Shown one piece after another: positions 7,687-17,147 of a stretch of DNA of 39,382 bases. The notes beneath the pieces were generated by a model. That model had not been told where the DNA came from, made no database searches, and was given only the letters and a program-made list of their open reading frames with translations. A program made the position numbers and the translations under genes. Origin of the DNA: a virus (Duplodnaviria; Heunggongvirae; Uroviricota; Caudoviricetes); IMG/VR virus record IMGVR_UViG_3300046003_006038, positions 128,001-167,382 of that record; one strand, written 5' to 3'. Within the stretch, counting starts at the first letter, position 1. Every line of letters begins with the position of its first letter.

Positions 7687-9119
7687 TATAGTAAATCTTT
7701 TAGTGATACTGATTCAAACATCTCTTCTGTATCAGCTTGTTCAATTTTGATAACCCAATTAGAACCCATACCATCATTGTTGTATACTTTTCCATCTTGT
7801 TCGGCTCTGAATGTAAATCTACCGTTGCCTAAATCACGTACAACTGTGCCTGTATACTTTTCACCATCATTTTTATTAGTGAAGGTAACTTTTTTACCTG
7901 CTCCTATTCCTTCCATCATATCCTGCTGTGCTTGTACCCATGCATCTGAATTCATTGCCCTGTCTGATGGTGATTCGTATCCTTGGTATCCTGGATCTCC
8001 TTTATACTCTTCATCCTCATCTGGTTGATTCATCCAATGCTCATCGTATGGATAGTCTGAGTAGATACTTTCGATTGCTCTGTTATATCCGTAGATTCCT
8101 TCTCCATCTAAGTACTCTGCTAACTCTCTATAAGCTTCATCTTCATCTGGACCGGTCATAATGTCGTGAATTCTGTTTGTGTATCCGTAGATTTGATTAT
8201 CATCTAGGTAATCTGCTAATTCACTTTTATATTCATTATCTGATTTAGGACCTTGCATTTCGTAAATATCCTCTTCACCCTCCATTAAAGCTTTTTTAAT
8301 AAGGTTTTTAATCCCTTCTTTTAAAACACTTTCAGATAAGTCTTGTCTTTTATTCTCTTTATCAGCGTATGCCTTAGCTCTCTCTTTTGTAGCAAAATCT
8401 GTTACTAAGTGATCTCCTTCCCATACCTGGTATGTGTTGTTTGTTTTCGAGAATCTTACAGTATATTTATCGTCTGGTTTTTTGGTATGATCTTCTTTTA
8501 AATTTTTTACTTTCTTCATTCCATTGAAAGTATCTACAGTATTTTTTGCTGTAGCATCTACCATTTTATCATGAAGGTCAACCTTCTTATTGTTTCCTGC
8601 TAATTGATTTGTATAGTATATTGAATCCTTTTCTAAATTCTTAAGAACTTTTGCTAAAGCTTTCTTGTATTCTTCTGCAGTTGGGGTTCCATGTACTTGT
8701 AAAACTTCTAACTCAACTCTTAACCCTCTTAGTATTTGTTCGTATGGATACTTATCCATGTCGTTAGTTGGTTTATATCTATAGTCTGTTAAACTCTTTT
8801 TAGTAAGCTTGGCTTCTCTAACAGCTCCCTTACGTCTTTGTAATTCTGATTTAACTCTTGCAATTATATCCTCATTACCTTCATATCTTGAAAGGTTGAT
8901 AATCATATCTGTAAGTGCGTCGTTAGAGTAGTCTTTAAAACTTTCTTCAGTGCTAACTTCTACAATCATTCCTCTGTTCTTTAAAATCTGAACAGCATCA
9001 TTATATCCGTTGAAACGAGTTATAAGTTGTGGTTGTTGCATTCTAGCTTCAGCTAAGAAATGTTCTTTAGAGAATTTTCCCTCTTGAATTCCGTTATATT
9101 TTTCTTGTAAAGTTCTCAT
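7686..9119 (-). CDS. Large modular putative head/core protein
   Basis: 477 aa in the portal-protease interval, with several hydrophobic-x-E sites, an internal 32-aa duplication and a C-terminal SLKDLL. Confidence 0.6.
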   Translation of the reverse strand: MRTLQEKYNGIQEGKFSKEHFLAEARMQQPQLITRFNGYNDAVQILKNRGMIVEVSTEESFKDYSNDALTDMIINLSRYEGNEDIIARVKSELQRRKGAVREAKLTKKSLTDYRYKPTNDMDKYPYEQILRGLRVELEVLQVHGTPTAEEYKKALAKVLKNLEKDSIYYTNQLAGNNKKVDLHDKMVDATAKNTVDTFNGMKKVKNLKEDHTKKPDDKYTVRFSKTNNTYQVWEGDHLVTDFATKERAKAYADKENKRQDLSESVLKEGIKNLIKKALMEGEEDIYEMQGPKSDNEYKSELADYLDDNQIYGYTNRIHDIMTGPDEDEAYRELAEYLDGEGIYGYNRAIESIYSDYPYDEHWMNQPDEDEEYKGDPGYQGYESPSDRAMNSDAWVQAQQDMMEGIGAGKKVTFTNKNDGEKYTGTVVRDLGNGRFTFRAEQDGKVYNNDGMGSNWVIKIEQADTEEMFESVSLKDLL

Positions 9120-9120
9120 G

Positions 9121-9363
9121 TTATTTATTTTCGTCTAAGTAATCAAACATTTTTGTATGTGAAGGTCTCTTCGGTCTTTTAACTGTTTTATACCCTAATT
9201 TTTCAAGATACTTAGTAGCTTTATTCTTTCCTGTTCCTTTTGAAAAAGCATTAGGAGTAGCGTATTGCTCTCCTGTTCCTGGTGTAAATGATGCTCCCGT
9301 ACCTGTTGTAGACATTTCAGCTAAAACTTCCTGCACTGCTTTTATTATTTCGGATTTTTTCAT
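9121..9363 (-). CDS. Small putative head protein with MKKSEIIKAVQEVLAE leader
   Basis: 80 aa: leader, then a Gly/Thr segment (GEQYATPNAF) and a basic tail; ATGA-type overlap with the upstream gene. Confidence 0.65.
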   Translation of the reverse strand: MKKSEIIKAVQEVLAEMSTTGTGASFTPGTGEQYATPNAFSKGTGKNKATKYLEKLGYKTVKRPKRPSHTKMFDYLDENK

Positions 9364-10214
9364 AGATTTTTTAACTCATTTACTAGTTCGTAGTATTGCA
9401 TTAAAGAAACTAAGTGGTTATCGTCAACTTTTTGTGTATTTTTTACTGGTGCTATTCCCTTCTGAATCTCTTCTAGCTTTATTTTTACTACACTGTCTGT
9501 AATCTTCTCTTTTAACGTAGTAATAGTTTTAGCTAACTTCTCCATTTCCTCATTCACTAAGTTTCTAAGCCTTGTTGAGGAGTTTGCAGAAACTATAAAC
9601 TCTTTTAGTATATTTTTCTGTTCCGGAAGCAGGTCTTTATATTGGTCGTTAAATTTCTCTAACAAAATTTTGTACGTTAAAAGACGTAGATCTTTGTCAA
9701 ACTTTGAATACTCTTCAATTAACGCATCTTTTACTTCCCCCTCTGAATGTTTTGTCTGTGTTAAGTGCTCCAGTATTGTAGTTTTATTATTAACAAATAC
9801 ATTTGGATCTAATAAGTCTGGGGTGTTTTGTGCTTCCAGTAGGCAGTAAAGGGCTGCTAGTGGTTTGTAGCTATCTACTTTCATAGAGAAAAATTCCTCT
9901 AAGTTGTAATGTTGTTTTAACTCTTTAATTAACTCGTATTTCTGTTTCTTTAAAGAATCCAAGTCTATCTTTCTAGATATCTCAACAATTGTTGATACTA
10001 TAGTTTCAGCTTTTTTCGAACCTACTCCCTTATTTTTAATAATAAAATCGTACAGTTTAAATTCTTTTACTAAAGATGTATTTCCTGTATAGAATTTCTT
10101 AATCACCTTAATAGCCGGGGATTCTTTCCTAGATAAGGTATCTGCCGCTACTTGCTTTACCAGCAATTCAAATATAAGGCCTGTATTTTTGTATTTTGAA
10201 TGTTTTATCTTCAC
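9360..10214 (-). CDS. Helical hypothetical protein downstream of portal, probably head assembly
   Basis: 284 aa, GTG start 17 nt after the promoter motif. Role inferred from position only. Confidence 0.65.
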   Translation of the reverse strand: MKIKHSKYKNTGLIFELLVKQVAADTLSRKESPAIKVIKKFYTGNTSLVKEFKLYDFIIKNKGVGSKKAETIVSTIVEISRKIDLDSLKKQKYELIKELKQHYNLEEFFSMKVDSYKPLAALYCLLEAQNTPDLLDPNVFVNNKTTILEHLTQTKHSEGEVKDALIEEYSKFDKDLRLLTYKILLEKFNDQYKDLLPEQKNILKEFIVSANSSTRLRNLVNEEMEKLAKTITTLKEKITDSVVKIKLEEIQKGIAPVKNTQKVDDNHLVSLMQYYELVNELKNL

Positions 10215-10231
10215 AGTAATAGTGTCTTTGT

Positions 10232-10239
10232 TATAAATA
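10232..10239 (-). promoter_or_regulatory. Putative late promoter motif TATTTATA
   Basis: 17 nt upstream of the GTG at 10214. Confidence 0.65.
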
Positions 10240-10243
10240 TCTA

Positions 10244-12106
10244 TTAATTATCTAAATCTCTAATATTATCTTCATTAAGTAAATCCGATATTTCCTCTTG
10301 TTTTTTCTCAAAAATTAACCTCTTTTCTGGTTTAAAAATATCTTTGTTTCTTAGATAGACTGCCTGTGTGTTCCTAGTGTTTTCTCTTACATTCTCATTA
10401 TCACTTGGGTAACCGCCTTTCATTCCATGCACTCCTAACCTGTCTCTTCCCCCTAATGGATCTTTCTGAGTGCCGAGTATTGAGAATTTCTCTCTTGGTT
10501 TTCCTTCCGGGTTAGGTTCTGTTTCATTATATCCAGCTGGTAGTTCTCCTCTTTCTCTTCCGTACATAGAGGCCAGGTCGTGAGGTGTTCCGTAAGATTC
10601 CCCTGATACAATTGGGTCGTTTCCTTCGTTTTCTATTTGAGATAATCTAAAGTCTCTTTTTGCATCCTCTCTTACTAGATCTCGCATTTCATTGTAAGTA
10701 TCCTCTGATAGGTTAAAGATGTTATCGTAAATGTAATCTGTAGAGAATAGTTTTGTTTCTTGCATTTGACGGGCAAGATCAATTTTCTCTTTCATTAAAG
10801 CTACCTTTTCTTGTTCGTAAACAATAGATGGAGTAGTTAATTTTATTTCAAAATTAGTTAAAGATTCTCCTGTAAATCCTTGAGCGTATAAATGCACTAA
10901 TCCAATTTTGGTTAATTCACTCTCTACGATTCTCTGTAACCTCTCTACCGTTCTAGCAAAACGGATATCTTCTGCTGCAAGAGTTGCTTTACCTGTTAAG
11001 TCTTTTTCGTATCCAAAGTATGCTTTCGGTACTTTTAATGCTGCAAACATTTTATCTCTTAGGTATTCGATATCGTTTGTACCATCGTACTCTAGGCCTT
11101 TTGTTGTATCAATTTTTGTAGAAGTATCTCCTCCACGAACTGGTAGGTAGAAATCTTCCATCATGTTCATCATATTGAATCTTAGGTTATATTCACCTGT
11201 TTGTGGATCAACATATGGGGTTTTCTTAATACTATTAATAGTCTTTTGCATGAACTGCTCTACCTCGTTTGGTGGAATAGTTCCTACATTGATATAGAAT
11301 GTTCTCTTCTCAGGAGCTCTCATGATTCTGTGAATCAACATTGCATCCTCCATTAAAGTCAACTGTTTGTAAATTTTACGAGCTGGTTCGATATAGGATC
11401 TTCCGTATGGTAGGTAGTTTGTGTCTGAGATTAATCTGAAGTGAGCTACTTCGTAGTTGTCAAGAGTGATAACTGATTTATTAGCTTTAGGTATGTAGTT
11501 TGGATCTGCTGAAGAAGCTAGTCCGTCTGGGTCAATTGTAAAGACTACTTTGGTTGGTTCTTTAGGATCCTGCCCTTCGTATCTCACCATGTTATAGACT
11601 GTATAGGGAATTACATTGTAGACTCCAAATTTTTCTGAGATTTCTAGTTTTAAGAAGAAGTCCCCATACTTACACATATTTCTAATCCAAGACCAAAGGT
11701 TAAATTCGATATTTAATACATCGTAGTATAGGTTGTACAATACTCTCTGTATATTTTCATCTGAAGATTTAATAGCCAGTACCTCGCCTACATCATTCTT
11801 AAGGGTAGCTTCATCTGCTAATATATCTAAAGTGGAAGCAATAAGTGGATCTGTATCCATTGCCTCATAATCAGAATATAACTGTATCCTTAGCGTTTGG
11901 TAGTTAAGGTTTGGATTAAATATATTTTTATTATTGTATATGTAAAGACGTGAGAATCTATCCAGTAATGAATTAGTCTGGTATTTACCAGTTGTCTGAA
12001 TTTGATTAACATCAGCAATCTTTAGTTCATCCCCCCCTACGTTTCTTACTAGTATGTCTGTTGCAAATAATCGTTGTAGTGAAGAGAAAAGATTTCTTTC
12101 TGCCAT
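10244..12106 (-). CDS. gp20: Portal protein, T4 gp20-like
   Basis: QLTLMEDAMLIHRIMRAPEKRTFYINVG, MMEDFYLPVRG and DIEYLRDKMFAALKVP; adjacent to the terminase. Confidence 0.95.
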   Translation of the reverse strand: MAERNLFSSLQRLFATDILVRNVGGDELKIADVNQIQTTGKYQTNSLLDRFSRLYIYNNKNIFNPNLNYQTLRIQLYSDYEAMDTDPLIASTLDILADEATLKNDVGEVLAIKSSDENIQRVLYNLYYDVLNIEFNLWSWIRNMCKYGDFFLKLEISEKFGVYNVIPYTVYNMVRYEGQDPKEPTKVVFTIDPDGLASSADPNYIPKANKSVITLDNYEVAHFRLISDTNYLPYGRSYIEPARKIYKQLTLMEDAMLIHRIMRAPEKRTFYINVGTIPPNEVEQFMQKTINSIKKTPYVDPQTGEYNLRFNMMNMMEDFYLPVRGGDTSTKIDTTKGLEYDGTNDIEYLRDKMFAALKVPKAYFGYEKDLTGKATLAAEDIRFARTVERLQRIVESELTKIGLVHLYAQGFTGESLTNFEIKLTTPSIVYEQEKVALMKEKIDLARQMQETKLFSTDYIYDNIFNLSEDTYNEMRDLVREDAKRDFRLSQIENEGNDPIVSGESYGTPHDLASMYGRERGELPAGYNETEPNPEGKPREKFSILGTQKDPLGGRDRLGVHGMKGGYPSDNENVRENTRNTQAVYLRNKDIFKPEKRLIFEKKQEEISDLLNEDNIRDLDN

Positions 12107-12123
12107 TTTAAAAATGTTTTATT

Positions 12124-12131
12124 TATAAATA
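12124..12131 (-). promoter_or_regulatory. Putative late promoter motif TATTTATA
   Basis: 17 nt upstream of the portal ATG. Confidence 0.65.
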
Positions 12132-12136
12132 GTAAC

Positions 12137-13711
12137 TTATCCTATTAGCCATGAAAGATCCTCATCGCCATTAGCTGTCTTCATAAGATAAGGATTATTC
12201 TGCATAGGACCAACATTGTAAACTGCAGTATTTCTTTGATTAAGGTTTGTGAATGAAGAGAGAGTAGCTCTGGTTAGGTCCATACCTTGCTGTCTAAGTC
12301 TTATTGCAGTATCTCTTACATACAGTCCTGTTGCAAAAGCCATCACTAAGTCATCATTATACCCTGTCTGTGCCTGTGCCTTTCCATTCTTCCATATGAA
12401 GACTCTCATTTCAGCTAAAGTCCTTTTAGATTTAATGATAACCGATCTTTCCCTTATGTATTCAGTCATTTTAGCGATAACAAGGGGTCTTGTCTTTAAC
12501 GACATTGTAAATCCGGGTACCAGTTTATCTCTTTCAAACTTGGCCATGTACGATTCTACTGTTTCCGTATCCGATCTCGACGAGTAGTACAGGTTTCTAT
12601 ATTCTCTTTCTAATATCTGTTCAATAGTTGCCCATCCGATGTTAGCATTCTCTACTACCAGTAGTGCATCGTTATATTCTGAAGCTATTCCCACTAGTAC
12701 GTTTCCAAATTCTTTAGGGGATATCTTTCCTTTATACTCTCCTACCTGTGTACAGCTGTCTATATCCATAATATGGAAGGTAGAGTAGTCGGTAGAGTCT
12801 CCTCTAGCGACATCGGCAATAACCATATACGTCTTACTATAATCAACTGCTTCCCATATCCATAGATTTCCGTCTACACCCCTCTTTTCCATTGGATCGA
12901 CTTGGTATGTTTCTTCATAAAAGGACATATTCTCTACTTCAAATACAGTATCCCCCGATGATAGGAAGTCACAGTCACACTCTTGAGCTGCTTGTTTCTC
13001 TCCTAACTGCCTTGTCTGTTCATCTCTCCAGTCTTGCTTTCTCTCTGGATGTACGTCCCATTTTAGTTTAATTGGAATAAATCCATTCTCTCCTGCTTCA
13101 GCTTTCTCCCATGTTTTGTGGAACCAGTTTCCTACTCCGTTTGGGGTAGATAGCGCCATACATTGTCCTCCTGTTGCAAGAGTTTGTTGTGCTGCAGTAA
13201 ATGTCTCTTCAATGTTATCGATGAAAGCTGCCTCATCTATTAGTAGAAGCGATACTGCTTCAGAACGAGCTGCATCAGAGTTTGATGATTTAGCTGTAAT
13301 TTTAGAGCCGTTCTTAAGTCTAAGAGATAATTTATTCTTCTCTGTGAAGGGTAGTTGTAGCCATTTTGGTAGATTCTCGTACATGAAAATCGTCTTGGTT
13401 ACAAGGTTTCTAGCTGTTGCTTGGGTAATTGCAAGTGCTAGTACGTTTTTATCTTTATGGAAGATCATTAACCATAGAGCATAGGCCGAGGCTAATGTAG
13501 AAATTCCTAGCTGTCTTGATTTAAGAGTTACTATAAACTTCTCATCTCTAAATAAGTGAAGAACTCCTTCCTGGAATGGGTATAAATTAAAGAGGATTCT
13601 ACCCCTAGTTGGATGCTGAATGTAGCAATACTTCTTCATGAAGTAAGCCGGGTCTTTTGCACATTTTAAATATTCTTGTGCAACTATTTGTTTTATATCT
13701 TGTTGTGACAT
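12137..13711 (-). CDS. terL: Terminase large subunit, T4 gp17-like
   Basis: LYPFQ, Walker A KSRQLGIST, Walker B LLLIDEAAFI, coupling motif STPNG, and nuclease acidic motifs ADVARG, VVENAN and NDDLVMA. Confidence 0.95.
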   Translation of the reverse strand: MSQQDIKQIVAQEYLKCAKDPAYFMKKYCYIQHPTRGRILFNLYPFQEGVLHLFRDEKFIVTLKSRQLGISTLASAYALWLMIFHKDKNVLALAITQATARNLVTKTIFMYENLPKWLQLPFTEKNKLSLRLKNGSKITAKSSNSDAARSEAVSLLLIDEAAFIDNIEETFTAAQQTLATGGQCMALSTPNGVGNWFHKTWEKAEAGENGFIPIKLKWDVHPERKQDWRDEQTRQLGEKQAAQECDCDFLSSGDTVFEVENMSFYEETYQVDPMEKRGVDGNLWIWEAVDYSKTYMVIADVARGDSTDYSTFHIMDIDSCTQVGEYKGKISPKEFGNVLVGIASEYNDALLVVENANIGWATIEQILEREYRNLYYSSRSDTETVESYMAKFERDKLVPGFTMSLKTRPLVIAKMTEYIRERSVIIKSKRTLAEMRVFIWKNGKAQAQTGYNDDLVMAFATGLYVRDTAIRLRQQGMDLTRATLSSFTNLNQRNTAVYNVGPMQNNPYLMKTANGDEDLSWLIG

Positions 13712-13728
13712 ATTATATATGTATATAA

Positions 13729-13736
13729 TATAAATA
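13729..13736 (-). promoter_or_regulatory. Putative late promoter motif TATTTATA
   Basis: 17 nt upstream of the terL ATG, just after a terminator. Confidence 0.65.
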
Positions 13737-13745
13737 TGTGTATAT

Positions 13746-13772
13746 AAAAAAACCCACCTTTTTGGGGTGGGC
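13746..13772 (-). terminator. Intrinsic terminator, near-identical to 6295-6322
   Basis: Minus strand CCCACC-CCAAAAA-GGTGGG-TTTTTTT. Confidence 0.85.
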
Positions 13773-13790
13773 TTGTATATTATTTAGAAA

Positions 13791-14498
13791 TTACTTCTCT
13801 TCTTTGCTATCTTGTTTTTTAGCAAATTTCTTCTCATACTCTTTTTCAAGTTTTTCAGCTTGCTTTCTTAAAGTCATGATATCTTTTTTCATTTGCTTTA
13901 CTTTCTTAGCATCTACGAAATCTGCTCCATCTCCTTCTTCTAAAGAACTTACTCTTGCCTCTAACATTTCAGCAACTTCTTTCATTTTTGCCATTTTATG
14001 TTTATAAGCTGCTTCGTTTGTTCCGTGTTCAATTTCTTGCATTAATTTCTCAATATTTTCGTATTTTGGAAGTGGCTTTTCTTCTACCATTTCATCCTCT
14101 GCCATTGGAGCTTCTTCTGCTACAGCTTGAGGAGTTATTCCTAAAGCATCTTGCACCATTTCCACTAGACGTTTTTCTTTAGCGGTTAAAGTGTTTTCCA
14201 TTACTGGTTCTTTAACCTCATGTAGAGATTCGTGGGCTAAGTCGTTTACAAGTCCGTAGTTTTCCTCTTCTAATCTCATTAATTCATCTTCTGATAGTGG
14301 AGTTCCATCTTCAAATTCTGCATATGCAATATATGCATCTGAAAAGTCTGGGTAGTCTTCTGTATCTATTCCGTCGATCTCAATTGATCTCATATCTACC
14401 GGTCTTCCGTCTAAAGAGGTCTCTTCTTTAAGAAGCTTTGCGTTTTTTGTAAGTTTATTCTCCGATAAGAATTGTCTTAAGTTAAAATTATCTGCCAT
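13791..14498 (-). CDS. Putative internal head protein with NFNLRQFLSENKLT leader
   Basis: 235 aa. Third copy of the NFNL leader, then an acidic module and a C-terminal coiled coil. Confidence 0.6.
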   Translation of the reverse strand: MADNFNLRQFLSENKLTKNAKLLKEETSLDGRPVDMRSIEIDGIDTEDYPDFSDAYIAYAEFEDGTPLSEDELMRLEEENYGLVNDLAHESLHEVKEPVMENTLTAKEKRLVEMVQDALGITPQAVAEEAPMAEDEMVEEKPLPKYENIEKLMQEIEHGTNEAAYKHKMAKMKEVAEMLEARVSSLEEGDGADFVDAKKVKQMKKDIMTLRKQAEKLEKEYEKKFAKKQDSKEEK

Positions 14499-14515
14499 TG
14501 TTTTTTATTTTTATT

Positions 14516-14523
14516 TATAAATA
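14516..14523 (-). promoter_or_regulatory. Putative late promoter motif TATTTATA
   Basis: 17 nt upstream of the ATG at 14498. Confidence 0.65.
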
Positions 14524-14545
14524 GGTTACTTTTTTAGTGATATAG

Positions 14546-15352
14546 TTACTGTGCTTTATGTGCAAAATATCTGGTCGTGTATACATTATCTATTCTCCTA
14601 ACTGATGTTAGTTTACCTGCTTTTAGAAATGGTTTATTTAGTTTAACATCCACCCAATCAAGTTTACCCTTAATTCCTGGGTCTCCTTTTGTTCCAGCAG
14701 AAGTAGTAAGTACTTTTCCGATTTCTTGATTGTTGTAAACAAACGGTGAGTCTTTCCTATAGTCAGTTCTTATCTTATATGGAAGTTCTTCTTGGGATAT
14801 TGTTGCTTTTTCTAATCCCAGTTGTACGTCATCTGCTGCTTGTTTTATATCTATAATGTAATCTGAATTTATAGTTCTTCCAACATCTATTGGGTAGGTT
14901 AGTACTTTAGGATCTGCTTCACCTTTAGCGACTTTTTCCTCTAAATGCTCTCTTGTCTGTGTTACCAGATCTACACCTTTCGGTACTACCATCACTGTTA
15001 CCAGACTATCTCCAATCTTAACAATTACATAGGTATTACCTGTATTTTCCTTATTTTTATCTCTTGTCTTTGTTACTAAATGTATAAGGTAGTTTTTTCC
15101 GTTATTTTGCAAATATGGAGTAAGTATTGGCAGTGCCTTAACTACACTTCCTGCCTGCTTTGCTGTAGATGTCTCAAAAGCTCTTAATACCTTTAGTAAC
15201 CTCTCTTGTATAAGATTTTTCAAATTCGGCATAACCCTCTCTCTTGTATAAGGTGTTAATGCTTCGGAAGGAACCTGTATATCTATTATTTGAGATCTAT
15301 CCTCTTTCCTCTCTTTATAATGAACTGTCTGTATTATCTCCAATAATTTCAT
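14546..15352 (-). CDS. Hypothetical basic protein (MKLLEII leader, HxxER motif)
   Basis: 268-aa ORF tightly packed between neighbours; function not recognised. Confidence 0.6.
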   Translation of the reverse strand: MKLLEIIQTVHYKERKEDRSQIIDIQVPSEALTPYTRERVMPNLKNLIQERLLKVLRAFETSTAKQAGSVVKALPILTPYLQNNGKNYLIHLVTKTRDKNKENTGNTYVIVKIGDSLVTVMVVPKGVDLVTQTREHLEEKVAKGEADPKVLTYPIDVGRTINSDYIIDIKQAADDVQLGLEKATISQEELPYKIRTDYRKDSPFVYNNQEIGKVLTTSAGTKGDPGIKGKLDWVDVKLNKPFLKAGKLTSVRRIDNVYTTRYFAHKAQ

Positions 15353-15354
15353 AC

Positions 15355-15885
15355 CTATAATCCTGTTGGTGTTTCTTCTTCTGGGCTTTCTGTTGGTTCT
15401 TCAAAAGGTGTTTCTTCAGTTGGTGCTTCTCCACCTGCTTCTCCACCTGGAAATTCTCCTCCTGCTCCTCCTGCTGGTGGTTCTGCTGCAAAGTCTTCTC
15501 CTCCTGGTTCTTCACCTTGGGTAATTGGTCCGTCTCTAAGTATTCTGTTTAGGCTGTCAAGTGCTTGTTGATACTCTGATACGTTATTTAAAAAGTATCT
15601 CTTACCTTCTACATTGGCTTCAAACCCTTTTCCCGTCCACTTTAAGTCAAAAGATTGCCCATTTTTAAGTGCAACTCTAAATGTAGATGGCTTAGGTACT
15701 GTCCACTTTACGTCCTCTACAAATTCACCGTATTCATTTGTAAATAGGGATACTAATGTCTTCTTTACTGTTGGAAATTTTCCTAAGATTTCTTGTGTAG
15801 ATGTTTTTAGCACAGGTGCTTCTGCTTCCTTTAATACCTCTACGTATGCTTCTAATATTACCTTTTTTAAATCCGATTTTTTCAT
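15355..15885 (-). CDS. Hypothetical protein with [12 protein letters not shown] leader and Glu/Pro/Gly-rich tail
   Basis: 176 aa, TAATG-coupled, low-complexity acidic C-terminus. Confidence 0.65.
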   Translation of the reverse strand: MKKSDLKKVILEAYVEVLKEAEAPVLKTSTQEILGKFPTVKKTLVSLFTNEYGEFVEDVKWTVPKPSTFRVALKNGQSFDLKWTGKGFEANVEGKRYFLNNVSEYQQALDSLNRILRDGPITQGEEPGGEDFAAEPPAGGAGGEFPGGEAGGEAPTEETPFEEPTESPEEETPTGL

Positions 15886-17087
15886 TAGTCTCTATATTTG
15901 CAGTTACTTTTACCTGTATTGTATGGAGTTGGATGTGCTGTTCCTTTTACGTGAGTATGTCCACATTTATGGCAACAGGTACCTTTCTTTTCATTCAAAG
16001 CCATCGTAGTTATAACTGTGCTGTCTATTTGATTTGTTTTTTGTTCTCCATCTAAATATCCGTAAGCACTTTGCAGGTAGTCGTATGCTTTTATAATCTT
16101 GGCTTGCCACCAGTGTGGAAAATCCACTTCTTGCCCATTATCATAATTGTCAAGCTGTTTATATAACATTGAAGCCATTTTAGCAATTCGATAAACATCT
16201 TTCTTAAGCATTGCTGGTTCGTCGTCTTGATGTCCTACATCTAAATCCTCTTTCATATTTTTAGTAATAGCTTGTCTTCTTTTACCTAAGTATTTATCAG
16301 TAGAATTTACTTTTCCGTCATTATTGATATCATCATCTTCTTTTCCTACCGGGTCTAGTCCTTCGTTTTTATTAGCCATATAAGCTGCAATAGCCATTTG
16401 TCTTTTCTTTTCTTTTGACTTTCCTGTAAATTGAGGAGCATTTGATTTTGCGAAGTCTTTTATATAGGTTTCTGGTTTTGATTTAGGTCCTAATTTCTCA
16501 GCTAGGTTTTTTGCAAGTTGTGAAGGATCTGTTGGTGCTTGCATTGCTGCCATATCATCATACTCTTCATCTGAAGATTGTGATACATATTTTACCATTG
16601 CATCTGATAGTTTGTCTTCTAGTTCTGGTGTCGGTAATGACACCTCGTTTCCTTGTGTAAGTAAGAAATCTACCAACTCCATATCTTCGTTACCTAAATC
16701 TAGATGTATTGCTTTTGTATCTGGGTTTAATGTAAACCTAAAAGTATCTTGCCCTTTTTCTTGACCATACTGAACGTGTATGTTAAATTTATTAACTCCT
16801 AGTCCAGTTAACTTAATTCCTTTTAGCTCATCTCCTTGAGCTCTTAGAACTTTAATTAACGATTTAGCTACTTCTTTTCCTACAGCTGCAGATTCCTGAG
16901 TGGTGTATTTTCTATCTACCTCTTCTTTTATCTTCTTACCATCTCCTGTCTCAATTGATTTGATATCTTGGTTATTTTTTAAAGATGTTAGTTCTTGATC
17001 AGTTTGGTAGTCCATTGTCTTCTTCTCACCTTTTGCTGTCTGTATAAAAGCTGTCTTTTCTTCTACTAGTTTCATTAATTTTTTCAT
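15885..17087 (-). CDS. Modular putative head protein (DxNxDG Ca-binding-like loop, Cys/His-rich C-terminus)
   Basis: 400 aa containing [23 protein letters not shown] and [14 protein letters not shown]. Confidence 0.6.
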   Translation of the reverse strand: MKKLMKLVEEKTAFIQTAKGEKKTMDYQTDQELTSLKNNQDIKSIETGDGKKIKEEVDRKYTTQESAAVGKEVAKSLIKVLRAQGDELKGIKLTGLGVNKFNIHVQYGQEKGQDTFRFTLNPDTKAIHLDLGNEDMELVDFLLTQGNEVSLPTPELEDKLSDAMVKYVSQSSDEEYDDMAAMQAPTDPSQLAKNLAEKLGPKSKPETYIKDFAKSNAPQFTGKSKEKKRQMAIAAYMANKNEGLDPVGKEDDDINNDGKVNSTDKYLGKRRQAITKNMKEDLDVGHQDDEPAMLKKDVYRIAKMASMLYKQLDNYDNGQEVDFPHWWQAKIIKAYDYLQSAYGYLDGEQKTNQIDSTVITTMALNEKKGTCCHKCGHTHVKGTAHPTPYNTGKSNCKYRD

Positions 17088-17129
17088 ATTTCGATTATCT
17101 AAAGATAGGTACTTATGTTCATATATACA

Positions 17130-17137
17130 AATAAATA
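17130..17137 (-). promoter_or_regulatory. Putative late promoter motif TATTTATT
   Basis: Intergenic, 42 nt upstream of the ATG at 17087. Confidence 0.5.
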
Positions 17138-17147
17138 GTATAACTTT

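Noticed and set aside
10244-13711. Inteins or introns in terminase or portal; adjacent small terminase
   Set aside because: Lengths and motif spacing are normal with no splice signatures. No small terminase could be recognised, so none is called.
17099-17122. Tiny upstream ORF MNISTYL* in the 17088-17147 gap
   Set aside because: Seven codons in AT-rich DNA is expected by chance, and nothing else supports it.
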